From contig CAYZJA010000001.1 in NCBI GenBank assembly GCA_964479005.1, forward strand, positions 192,001 through 256,000: a stretch of 64,000 nt of DNA. Direction: 5' to 3'. The notes under the pieces are model-generated. The model worked only from the letters and a program-made list of their open reading frames with translations, was not told the DNA's origin and did not search any database. The position numbers and the translations under genes are program-made. The DNA comes from an uncultured Candidatus Saccharibacteria bacterium (GTDB lineage: Bacteria > Patescibacteriota > Minisyncoccia > UBA6257). Each line of letters opens with the position of its first letter. Positions within the stretch are counted from its first letter, which is position 1. Shown here piece after piece: positions 54,494-64,000 of the stretch.

Positions 54494-55039
54494 TTAAAAT
54501 TTGACCTTTACTGCTTTGCGTTCTTCAGCTTCAGTAATTTCAAATAATGGCTCCGCTTTAAAGCTAAAAAGTTGAGCAAGCATATTTCTTGGAAAAACTT
54601 TTATGGCAATATTGTAATCCCGTACATTAGAATTATAGAATCGGCGAGAAGCTTGAATTTTATCTTCTGTGTCTACTAATTCTTTTTGTAATTCAATAAA
54701 GCTCTGATTAGCTTTTAATTCCGGATAATTCTCAGCAACAGCAAAAAGGGTTTTTAATGTTTGAGTAAATTGATTTTCCGCTTTTATCTTTTCTTCGCCA
54801 TCAGGAGTACCCATAGCTCGCGTTCGTGCTTGAGTTACCTTTTCAAACACTTCTTTCTCATGAGCCATATATCCTTTTACCGCTTCAATCAAATTAGGAA
54901 CTAAATCATAACGACGTTTTAATTGAACATCAATATCTGCCCAAGCTTCTTTTACCCGTTGGCTTTTTCTAATAAGAGAATTGTAAGCTAAAACAACGAA
55001 CAAAGCGATTACGATTAAAGCGAACCAAAATATACTCAT
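54494..55039 (-). CDS. lemA: LemA-family membrane protein
   Basis: N-terminal TM plus a conserved LemA helical domain; typical htpX partner. Confidence 0.8.
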   Translation of the reverse strand: MSIFWFALIVIALFVVLAYNSLIRKSQRVKEAWADIDVQLKRRYDLVPNLIEAVKGYMAHEKEVFEKVTQARTRAMGTPDGEEKIKAENQFTQTLKTLFAVAENYPELKANQSFIELQKELVDTEDKIQASRRFYNSNVRDYNIAIKVFPRNMLAQLFSFKAEPLFEITEAEERKAVKVKF

Positions 55040-55058
55040 GTTTTTAATTTTTAATTTT

Positions 55059-56705
<1,647 letters not shown>

Positions 56706-56716
56706 TTATTTGTTTT

Positions 56717-57004
56717 TTACTCAATAATGGCGAGCACATCATCTTCACGAATAACAAGATATTCTTTTTCATCTACTTTCACTTCATTAGGTGTATATTT
56801 AGTAAATAGAACTTTATCCCCTACTTTTACATTCAAAGAAATTAATTTTCCTTGATCAGTTGTTTTTCCAGGACCAATAGCAATTACTTTCCCCATCATT
56901 GGTTTTTCTTCAGATGAAGCAGGAATAAAAATACCACTCTTGGTAGTTTTTTCTTCATTAAAAGTTTCTACAAAAATATGATCAGATAACGGTTTTATAT
57001 TCAT
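56717..57004 (-). CDS. groS: co-chaperonin GroES
   Basis: MNIKPLSDHIFVE...; the internal ATG (57004) is preferred over the ORF-track start. Confidence 0.9.
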   Translation of the reverse strand: MNIKPLSDHIFVETFNEEKTTKSGIFIPASSEEKPMMGKVIAIGPGKTTDQGKLISLNVKVGDKVLFTKYTPNEVKVDEKEYLVIREDDVLAIIE

Positions 57005-57027
57005 TGTTATTTTTTTAATCTTTTTAA

Positions 57028-57054
57028 TTGGCAATCCCCGACTTTAATTGCTAA
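57028..57054 (-). promoter_or_regulatory. CIRCE-like inverted repeat TTAGCAAT-N11-ATTGCCAA in the groES leader, downstream of TTGACA-16-TAAAAT (57061-57088)
   Basis: Arms at 57047-54 and 57028-35; resembles HrcA CIRCE TTAGCACTC-N9-GAGTGCTAA but shortened and divergent. Confidence 0.4.
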
Positions 57055-57074
57055 TCTTATATTTTACTTAAAAA

Positions 57075-58136
57075 TTATTTTTTGTCAATTTCTTCTTGCC
57101 TTGGTTTTTCTATTTCTAATGGCTCTGCCCCAATTTTTTTCCCTGAAACCTTATAAACATCTTTGTCTATCTTGCCAAACTCTTTATAAGCAGAATTGTA
57201 CATATTTACTGTAGTACCTAAATGATTGCCCATTTTTTGCATATAGGTCTCATAACTAGTTAAATGACGAGCTAAATTTTCTACTCCTTTTTTAATTTCT
57301 TTAGCAGACTCCTCTATTTGTAAAGCTCTTAATCCTTGAAGAACAGTCTGTAAATACGCCAAAAAAGAAGTTGGCGAAACAATAATTACTTTCTTCTGTC
57401 CCATGGCATATTCTACTAAATCACGGGTATTGGCTTTTACAGTACCAATTTTGTTAATTAACAAATCATAATAAATCGCTTCGGATGGAATAAACATAAA
57501 AGCAAATTCCATTGTTCCCTCTTCTGGCTTTATATATTTAGCTGTTTCATCAATTCTGCTTTTTAAATCATTTTTAAAAATTTCTTCCAATTTCTTTTTT
57601 TCATTCTTATCGTTTGTCTCCAATATCCGATTATAATTTTCCAAACTAAACTTGGAGTCAATAGGAATAATTTTATCTTTAATGAATATTACAGCGTCAA
57701 CCTTTGTACCATCTTTAAATTCATATTGCGTCTGATAACTTCCTGGAGGAAGAACGTTTTTTAGCACTGTCTCTAGATAATACTCCCCTAATACCCCTCT
57801 TTGTTTTGGATTTTTTAAAATATCCTGAAGATTTTTAAGCTGGTCAGCAAAATTAACTACCTGTTTATTTGTTTCGTCTAATTTTGTTAATTTTTCAGTT
57901 ACCTCCCTAATAATTTTAGCGCTTTCTCCAAATTGATTACGAATTACATTAGGAATTTCTCCAAGTTTAGCATCAAGTGTGCGCGTAATTTCTTGTATTT
58001 GATTCTGTAATAAAAGAAACGATTGATTGTCATCTTTTTTGGCTTTTTCTTTCTTTATTACAAAAACATAAAAAATACCAGCTAAAAAAATACCTGCTAA
58101 TACTCCTAATAAAATATAAAGATATAAAAAGTTCAT
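57075..58136 (-). CDS. rmuC: DNA recombination protein RmuC
   Basis: N-terminal TM, coiled-coil, conserved C-terminal RmuC region. Confidence 0.65.
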   Translation of the reverse strand: MNFLYLYILLGVLAGIFLAGIFYVFVIKKEKAKKDDNQSFLLLQNQIQEITRTLDAKLGEIPNVIRNQFGESAKIIREVTEKLTKLDETNKQVVNFADQLKNLQDILKNPKQRGVLGEYYLETVLKNVLPPGSYQTQYEFKDGTKVDAVIFIKDKIIPIDSKFSLENYNRILETNDKNEKKKLEEIFKNDLKSRIDETAKYIKPEEGTMEFAFMFIPSEAIYYDLLINKIGTVKANTRDLVEYAMGQKKVIIVSPTSFLAYLQTVLQGLRALQIEESAKEIKKGVENLARHLTSYETYMQKMGNHLGTTVNMYNSAYKEFGKIDKDVYKVSGKKIGAEPLEIEKPRQEEIDKK

Positions 58137-58852
58137 TATATTTCTGCTTGTGTTTGTGCTTGTATTTGTATTTCTTTAGATTTCTTTAATTCCAAATAAA
58201 TTAGATATAAGAACATGATACCAAACGGCATATAGAAAAGCTGAAAAACAGAACCTAATAAATTATTAACCGAGTCTAAAATAAAAAATATAAGACTAAA
58301 AACAATATTTAGTGAGATTAATCTACCAAATACTTTCCACCAATTACCTTCTACTAATTTCCAACTATGTTTTAATGCTTTCATGCCCCTTTTCCCTTCA
58401 ACAATAAAAATATAAGAATAAAGGGTTAAATAGGTTCCCACTATAATACCTGGAATAACGAAAAAAAGACTGGATAAAACAACAAAAAAACCTACTAATA
58501 TTACAAGCCAAAGATACTGGCCAAATTTTTTCCAGGCCTCCTGAAAAATCTCTTTTAATTTAGTTCCAACAGGTTTTACTGTCAATATTATAAAGGTAAG
58601 TCCGATAAATATTGTCCACAATACTATAGCTGAGAACATTCCAATAACTAATGGTGAGAAAAATAAAGCTTTCGCAGTTTCTGTAGCAGCGACGTCTTTT
58701 AATTTCAAAACCGAAAACATCATACTTCCTCCTAAGGACACTCCAAGAATTGTCATTACGACTCCAGAGATAAGCAAGATAAGTAAAATTGGTATTATCT
58801 TTTGCTTATAAACTCCAAAACTTTCTTTTATTAACGTAGTAAAATTTTTCAT
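58136..58852 (-). CDS. hypothetical integral membrane protein (6 TM)
   Basis: ORF only. Confidence 0.35.
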   Translation of the reverse strand: MKNFTTLIKESFGVYKQKIIPILLILLISGVVMTILGVSLGGSMMFSVLKLKDVAATETAKALFFSPLVIGMFSAIVLWTIFIGLTFIILTVKPVGTKLKEIFQEAWKKFGQYLWLVILVGFFVVLSSLFFVIPGIIVGTYLTLYSYIFIVEGKRGMKALKHSWKLVEGNWWKVFGRLISLNIVFSLIFFILDSVNNLLGSVFQLFYMPFGIMFLYLIYLELKKSKEIQIQAQTQAEI

Positions 58853-58931
58853 TATTTTATTATTTTTAATCTTTTTTGTATTCTCTTGACCTTGTTTAGA
58901 GAATAATTACTAATTACTTATTATAACAAAA

Positions 58932-60674
58932 TTATGATTCATTTTGAAGAGCAGATTGTAATTCCCAAAATTCCCTATATACTCCATTCGGTTTTTTAAT
59001 TAGCTCTTCGTGTTTTCCCATTTCAACTATTCTCCCTTTTTTCAAAACCAAAATCTTATCTGCATTTTTAATAGTACTAAGACGATGAGCAATAATAAAA
59101 CATGTTCTATCTTTCATTAAATTATTTAATCCTCCCTGAATCAACTTTTCTGAAACTGAATCTAAAGCTGATGTAGCCTCATCTAAAATTAAAATTTTTG
59201 GATTTCTCAACAAAGCCCTAGCAATAGCTACTCTTTGTTTTTGACCAGTGGAAAGTTTAATCCCTCTTTCCCCTACTAGTTGATTATATTTTCCAGGAAA
59301 TTTTTCTATAAACTCTGACGCATTAGCTATTTCTGCAGCTTTTTTAATTTCTTCATCAGTAGCATTAAATTTACCATAACGAATATTCTGTTTAATAGTA
59401 TTATTAAATAAAACCACTTCTTGAGGAACAATTGATATCTGGCTACGTAAACTCTTTAATTTTATCTTTTTAATATTTACTCCGTTAATAAAAATCCCGC
59501 CCCGTCGAGGTAGATAGAATCGCTCTATTAAATCAATCAAGGTAGTCTTTCCTACCCCACTCTCACCAACAAGGGCAATCTTTTCTCCATCCTTAGCCTC
59601 AAACGAAATGTCTTTTAATATTGGCGTGGTTTTTTTGTAATAAAAATCAACATTACGAAATTCTACATTTCCTTTGATATCTAAATCTTTAGCTCCAAAA
59701 AAATCTTTCTCCTCCCCTATTTTATAGTAACCTATAGCCCTCCGAAAAGCAGTTAAAGATGTACGCAATTGACGGTATTGAGATGCAAGCCTATTAAGAG
59801 GCCTTGAAAGAAGTGAAATATACCCTATAAACATTACTAATTTACCTGGTGATAATTGTCCATTTCTTAACATTATTATTCCTAATCCTAAAACAGAACT
59901 AAAACTTAATACATTAATAACTTTTTGCCAAAAACCCATTCTAATCCAAATAGAACGCCAGTTTTTATCAATACGACCAGCTGAATTAAACCTTCTCGTA
60001 TTATCCTTCCTTTCTAAGTCTTCACTGGTATTTGATTTAATTGTATGAGCATTAACTATTGAATCATATAAATAACCATACGCTCGTTCATAAGCTTGAT
60101 GAACTGATATTTGAGCTTTAATAATCTTTTTTGTATAAGCAATGGTTACTATGATGAAAATTACCATAGCAACTAATAAAATTGTACTTAACCGCCATTC
60201 TGCCCAGAAAAGAATTGATAGAGCAAGAAAAAAGGAAATGATAGTAGGGGCAAAAGAAAACAAAACATTCTCAATTAAGTTGTAAAGGCTTGAAACACCT
60301 CTGTTAATTTTCCGTAAAACCTTTCCTGTCTTTTGTTCTTTATGAAAAGAGATTGGTAAATTAATAATGTAAGCATAAAGATCAGTAGTCAAATAATTAG
60401 CTAAATCAACAGTGATTTCATAGCTATTTTTTGTACTATACCTTTCTAAAACATTTGCTATTAAATTAATGCCTGTCCAAAGAAAAATTAATTGTATTAT
60501 AAAAACAAGTGAAGAATTAGGATCAATTGCCAAGTCAACCAAACTTCCATAAATATAAGGAACAATTGTAATTAAAATACTTGATATTAAGATAGCAAAA
60601 ATTCCCCAATAAAATTTTGAAGGATGTTTTATTCGGCTTAAAATAAATTTTAAATCCTGTTTAATTTGAGTCAT
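58932..60674 (-). CDS. ABC exporter, fused permease/ATPase (MsbA-like, type I exporter)
   Basis: 6 TM; Walker A GESGVGKTT, signature LSTGQKQR, Walker B ILILDEATSALD. Confidence 0.8.
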   Translation of the reverse strand: MTQIKQDLKFILSRIKHPSKFYWGIFAILISSILITIVPYIYGSLVDLAIDPNSSLVFIIQLIFLWTGINLIANVLERYSTKNSYEITVDLANYLTTDLYAYIINLPISFHKEQKTGKVLRKINRGVSSLYNLIENVLFSFAPTIISFFLALSILFWAEWRLSTILLVAMVIFIIVTIAYTKKIIKAQISVHQAYERAYGYLYDSIVNAHTIKSNTSEDLERKDNTRRFNSAGRIDKNWRSIWIRMGFWQKVINVLSFSSVLGLGIIMLRNGQLSPGKLVMFIGYISLLSRPLNRLASQYRQLRTSLTAFRRAIGYYKIGEEKDFFGAKDLDIKGNVEFRNVDFYYKKTTPILKDISFEAKDGEKIALVGESGVGKTTLIDLIERFYLPRRGGIFINGVNIKKIKLKSLRSQISIVPQEVVLFNNTIKQNIRYGKFNATDEEIKKAAEIANASEFIEKFPGKYNQLVGERGIKLSTGQKQRVAIARALLRNPKILILDEATSALDSVSEKLIQGGLNNLMKDRTCFIIAHRLSTIKNADKILVLKKGRIVEMGKHEELIKKPNGVYREFWELQSALQNES

Positions 60675-60680
60675 TAAAAA

Positions 60681-61808
60681 TTACTCCTCGATTTCCTTTT
60701 GCAGTTTTTCCAAAAGTTCTTTTGCCTGCGCAGAAACTTTCTTAGGAGTCCTAATCCTTATTTTAACATATAAATCCCCTTGGCCTGGAGCGTCAAAATG
60801 TTTAACCCCGTTTCCTCTGATACGAAAGATTTCTCCAGATTCTGTTCCAGAAGGAATTTTTAAAAGAATCTTTTTCTCTCTATCTTTTAATGAACTAAGA
60901 ATTTTTACCTCTTTTTTAGTTCCAAGCACTGCCTCGGTAAAACTTATGTACAAAGTCGTATGCAAATCATCGCCCTTTCTTTCAAATGCCAAGTGTCGCC
61001 TAATTATTATTCTAATGTATAAATCCCCGCTTAATCCATCCAATATCCCAACTTCCCCTTCTTTTCTTATCCTGATTGTTTCTCCATCTCTTATTCCAAC
61101 AGGAATATCCACTTTGATCTCTTTGTTGCCATAATAACGGCCATCACCTCCGCAAGTTTTACATGGCTTTTCTGGAATTTTTCCTCTTCCTTTACATTTT
61201 GGGCATTCAATTATTTGAGTAAACTCTCCTAAAAAGGTCCTGCGTAATTCTCTAATCACCCCTTCTCCTTTACAATTTGAACATTCTTTTAACTTGGAAT
61301 TTGGTTCATATCCTTTGCCATTACAATGTTCGCAAACAAGATAAGTTTTAAAGGAAATATCCTGTCTTGCTCCAAAAGCCGCTTCTTCTAAATCTATTTC
61401 TAGATTAACCTCAATGTCTCTCCCCTTATTTTGATATGCGCTTTTCCTTTTTCTTGTAGAAGTAGCTGCTTCTTTGAAAAAATCAGAAAAAATGTCCCCA
61501 ATATCAAAGTTTCCAGAAAAACCAAATGGCGATTGGGATCCGCCTTCTTGCCATTCAAATCCGGGAAATCCCTGTTGAAATCCAGCTCCTGCTCCCTCAA
61601 ATACACGGCCAAATTTATCATACTGGGTTCTTTTCTCTTTATTAGATAAAACCTGATATGCTTCGTTTATCTCTTTAAATTTTTCTGAACTACCTCCTTT
61701 ATCTGGATGATGCTTATGAGCTAATTTATAAAAAGCTTTTTTGATTTCTTCTGGAGAAGCTGAGCGCGAAACACCTAAAATATCATAATAATCTTTCATA
61801 TTTATCAA
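60681..61808 (-). CDS. dnaJ: molecular chaperone DnaJ
   Basis: J domain [12 protein letters not shown]...HPDK, G/F region, four CxxCxGxG repeats. Confidence 0.9.
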   Translation of the reverse strand: MINMKDYYDILGVSRSASPEEIKKAFYKLAHKHHPDKGGSSEKFKEINEAYQVLSNKEKRTQYDKFGRVFEGAGAGFQQGFPGFEWQEGGSQSPFGFSGNFDIGDIFSDFFKEAATSTRKRKSAYQNKGRDIEVNLEIDLEEAAFGARQDISFKTYLVCEHCNGKGYEPNSKLKECSNCKGEGVIRELRRTFLGEFTQIIECPKCKGRGKIPEKPCKTCGGDGRYYGNKEIKVDIPVGIRDGETIRIRKEGEVGILDGLSGDLYIRIIIRRHLAFERKGDDLHTTLYISFTEAVLGTKKEVKILSSLKDREKKILLKIPSGTESGEIFRIRGNGVKHFDAPGQGDLYVKIRIRTPKKVSAQAKELLEKLQKEIEE

Positions 61809-62776
61809 CTAATAATAATTTCTTGTTTTTCTACTCCAATACGTTTAATTTTTAAGTATTTAAGAGATAAAAGAATTTGAAGAAAAATCCAACTAACTGC
61901 AATTAAAATAATAGAGAATATAATATTAAAAAATCTTAAGAAACTTATCATAAATAAAAATACCAAAGCGCCAACTCCAATTTTTAATAAAGGAGAAAAA
62001 GTTTGCCAACGGGATTTTAATACTTCTATTATCAAAGACGACAATTTTTCCTTACCAGAGACAGGATATTTTAAAAATTCAGAAAGCTTTGATTTCGTTT
62101 GTTGTAAAAGAGGTTGATTAACTATTGAATTAAAAACTCCTAAATCTGGCGTTTGTTGTTCAATATATTTTCCTAAGATATCATCAATTGTTCCAGATAG
62201 CTGTAAATTAGAAAAAGGTTGTATAGCTCCTGCTTGAGAAAACATAGAATCCAAAGCTTTAGTTCCTTCTTGTTCTATTAATGTCGTATTTTTCTGAAAA
62301 TAAGCCAAACTAGATAAAGATATTACCAAAACTAAAAGAATATAAAAAGAACTTTTACCAACTATACGCATCCATTGAAGATTTATTAAGGAGTTATATT
62401 CAGTTTTTATTCTTATTCTTGATAATAAAAAGAGGACAAAAATACCTCCCCAAATAAGCCAGATAATTTTACCAAATTGATGGCTAAGAAATAATGGAAT
62501 GAATGCGCTTGCGCTAATAATTAAATTCCAAAACAGAAAATCTTTAATCGGAAGTATTAAAAAGAATATTGGAAGTATACCTAACCCCATAATCCAAAAA
62601 ACACAAAATCCAATTAAATTAGCGTTGCTAACCCCTTGTAATAATCCAATAAAAAAAAGAGACCCTAAAGCAAAACAAGCTACAATTAAAATACCTATGA
62701 TAGAATTTTTAAAGAAAATTGTTCTATCTTGATAAGCTAATTTGTAACTGTTTAAAAAATTAGGGTTCTTAGCCAT
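61805..62776 (-). CDS. hypothetical polytopic membrane protein inserted between dnaK and dnaJ
   Basis: About 8 TM; 4-nt ATGA overlap with dnaJ. Confidence 0.4.
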   Translation of the reverse strand: MAKNPNFLNSYKLAYQDRTIFFKNSIIGILIVACFALGSLFFIGLLQGVSNANLIGFCVFWIMGLGILPIFFLILPIKDFLFWNLIISASAFIPLFLSHQFGKIIWLIWGGIFVLFLLSRIRIKTEYNSLINLQWMRIVGKSSFYILLVLVISLSSLAYFQKNTTLIEQEGTKALDSMFSQAGAIQPFSNLQLSGTIDDILGKYIEQQTPDLGVFNSIVNQPLLQQTKSKLSEFLKYPVSGKEKLSSLIIEVLKSRWQTFSPLLKIGVGALVFLFMISFLRFFNIIFSIILIAVSWIFLQILLSLKYLKIKRIGVEKQEIIIS

Positions 62777-62811
62777 TGAAATTAAAATTTTCTTGCTTCA
62801 ATCATACCATA

Positions 62812-64000
62812 TCATTGTTTCTCCTCAAAATCAGCATCTTTAGCATCTTTATCTTCCTTATCATCCTTGTCATTCTTATCTGTTTCTTTTTCTTCTGATT
62901 TAGTTTTTTCCTCTTCTTGCTTTTGTTGTTGGTAAAGATGAGTTCCTACTTCTTGTAATGATTGCGACAATTCTTCGGTTTTTGTCTTTATAACATCAAA
63001 GTCATCATTTTTCAGCACTTCTTTTAATTCTTTGGCTTTATCTTCTATTTTAGCTTTTAAATCTGCTGGAACTTTTTTACCTGCGTCTTTTAAGGTTTTT
63101 TCTGTAGTATAAACCAATGATTCTGCATTATTTCTTATTTCAATATTTCCCTTTTTCTTTTCATCTTCTTCTCTATGTAATTCTGCTTCTTTTTTTAGTT
63201 TTTCTACTTCTTCTTTTGACAAACCTGAAGATCCCTCAATGTGAATGGATTGCTCTTTTCCAGTAGCTTTATCTTTAGCAGTAACATTTAAAATACCATT
63301 AGCATCAATATCAAAAGTTACTTCAATTTGAGGAATACCGCGAGGAGCAGGAGGAATGCCATCTAATATAAATCGCCCAAGAGATTTGTTATCAGCAGAC
63401 ATTGGTCTTTCTCCTTGAAGCACGTGGATTTCTACTGATGTTTGATTTTCTGCTGCAGTGGAAAATATCTGGCTTTTAGCAACCGGAACAGTAGTATTTT
63501 TGGAAATTAAAACAGTATTCACTCCACCCAACGTTTCTATGCCCAAAGAAAGAGGAGTAACATCTAAAAGTAAAACGTCCTTCATTTCGCCACCTATAAT
63601 GCCGGCTTGAACAGCTGCCCCAATTGCAACTACTTCATCTGGATTAATTTCTTTATTTGGTTCTTTGTCAAATAATTTTTTCACTTCTTCTTGAATTTTA
63701 GGCATTCTTGTTTGCCCACCAACTAAAACTATCTCTTCTATATCAGAAACCTTCAGTTTACACTCTTTCATCGTTTTTTTAGTTAAATCAATTGATTTTT
63801 TAATATAATCATCAACTAATTCTTCTAATTTGGAACGGCTTAGACTATAAGAGAGGTGCTTTGGACCAGAAACGCCAGAAGTGATAAACGGCAAGTTAAT
63901 TTCCACTTGCATTGTTGAAGATAATTCTTTCTTTGCTTTTTCAGCCGCTTCTTTAATTCTTTGTAAAGCCAAAGGGTCTTTATGTAAATCTATATTTTCA
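62812..64000 (-). CDS. dnaK: molecular chaperone DnaK (C-terminal part; gene continues beyond the window end)
   Basis: [32 protein letters not shown], acidic C-terminal tail. Confidence 0.9.
   Translation of the reverse strand, partial: ENIDLHKDPLALQRIKEAAEKAKKELSSTMQVEINLPFITSGVSGPKHLSYSLSRSKLEELVDDYIKKSIDLTKKTMKECKLKVSDIEEIVLVGGQTRMPKIQEEVKKLFDKEPNKEINPDEVVAIGAAVQAGIIGGEMKDVLLLDVTPLSLGIETLGGVNTVLISKNTTVPVAKSQIFSTAAENQTSVEIHVLQGERPMSADNKSLGRFILDGIPPAPRGIPQIEVTFDIDANGILNVTAKDKATGKEQSIHIEGSSGLSKEEVEKLKKEAELHREEDEKKKGNIEIRNNAESLVYTTEKTLKDAGKKVPADLKAKIEDKAKELKEVLKNDDFDVIKTKTEELSQSLQEVGTHLYQQQKQEEEKTKSEEKETDKNDKDDKEDKDAKDADFEEKQ

Noticed and set aside
57028-57054. Calling the groES leader inverted repeat a canonical HrcA CIRCE
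   Set aside because: The arms (TTAGCAAT/ATTGCCAA, N11) deviate from TTAGCACTC-N9-GAGTGCTAA. It was reported only as CIRCE-like.

Overview
This is an AT-rich (about 30% GC) bacterial chromosome segment. Its gene content and style are typical of a small-genome, Patescibacteria/CPR-like organism: ribosomal proteins with basic extensions, leaderless-looking starts, and many small membrane proteins. Conserved housekeeping blocks are present: the infA-rpmJ-rpsM-rpsK-rpsD-rpoA-rplQ-rplM-rpsI operon; a MacAB-like efflux operon; ftsW-murG-gltX; rpmA/rplI/ctpA/murC; thpR-priA-def-fmt; the AmmeMemoRadiSam triad; queA-tgt-queH; trxB/murD; xth; and htpX-lemA, groESL, rmuC, dnaK-dnaJ. Several accessory or irregular regions are interleaved. 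First, a compositionally distinct, phage-like insertion at about 5.9-12.0 kb, immediately after the ribosomal operon terminator. It carries a tandemly duplicated small gene, a Myb-HTH/metallophosphatase fusion, an NT5C-like nucleotidase, a secreted serine protease, an HNH protein and Cys-rich mini-proteins. Second, a tyrosine recombinase flanked by three small genes and a Cas4-like Fe-S PD-(D/E)XK nuclease at 22.9-26.3 kb. Third, a PriA homologue whose helicase motifs are all degenerate and which is split into two ORFs. Fourth, an operon of five small transmembrane peptides at 45.3-46.5 kb. Fifth, a tRNA-Ser-proximal island at 48.4-52.1 kb. It contains duplicated roughly 200-bp promoter-leader modules with a covarying 18-bp stem, a Panacea-antitoxin/MazF-like toxin pair with a zinc-ribbon insert, and a decayed tRNA 3' fragment. 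Finally, there are several candidate structured RNAs and repeat motifs. These are a roughly 197-nt rod-like RNA downstream of htpX, a shared 30-nt palindromic motif CGCTyCG-CCACGTCAAACGTGG-CTyCGCT, and an orphan terminator between the divergent trxB and murD genes. No CRISPR array or rRNA gene is present. One complete tRNA (Ser-GGA) was found. All calls are from reading the sequence and ORF translations; no database search was run.
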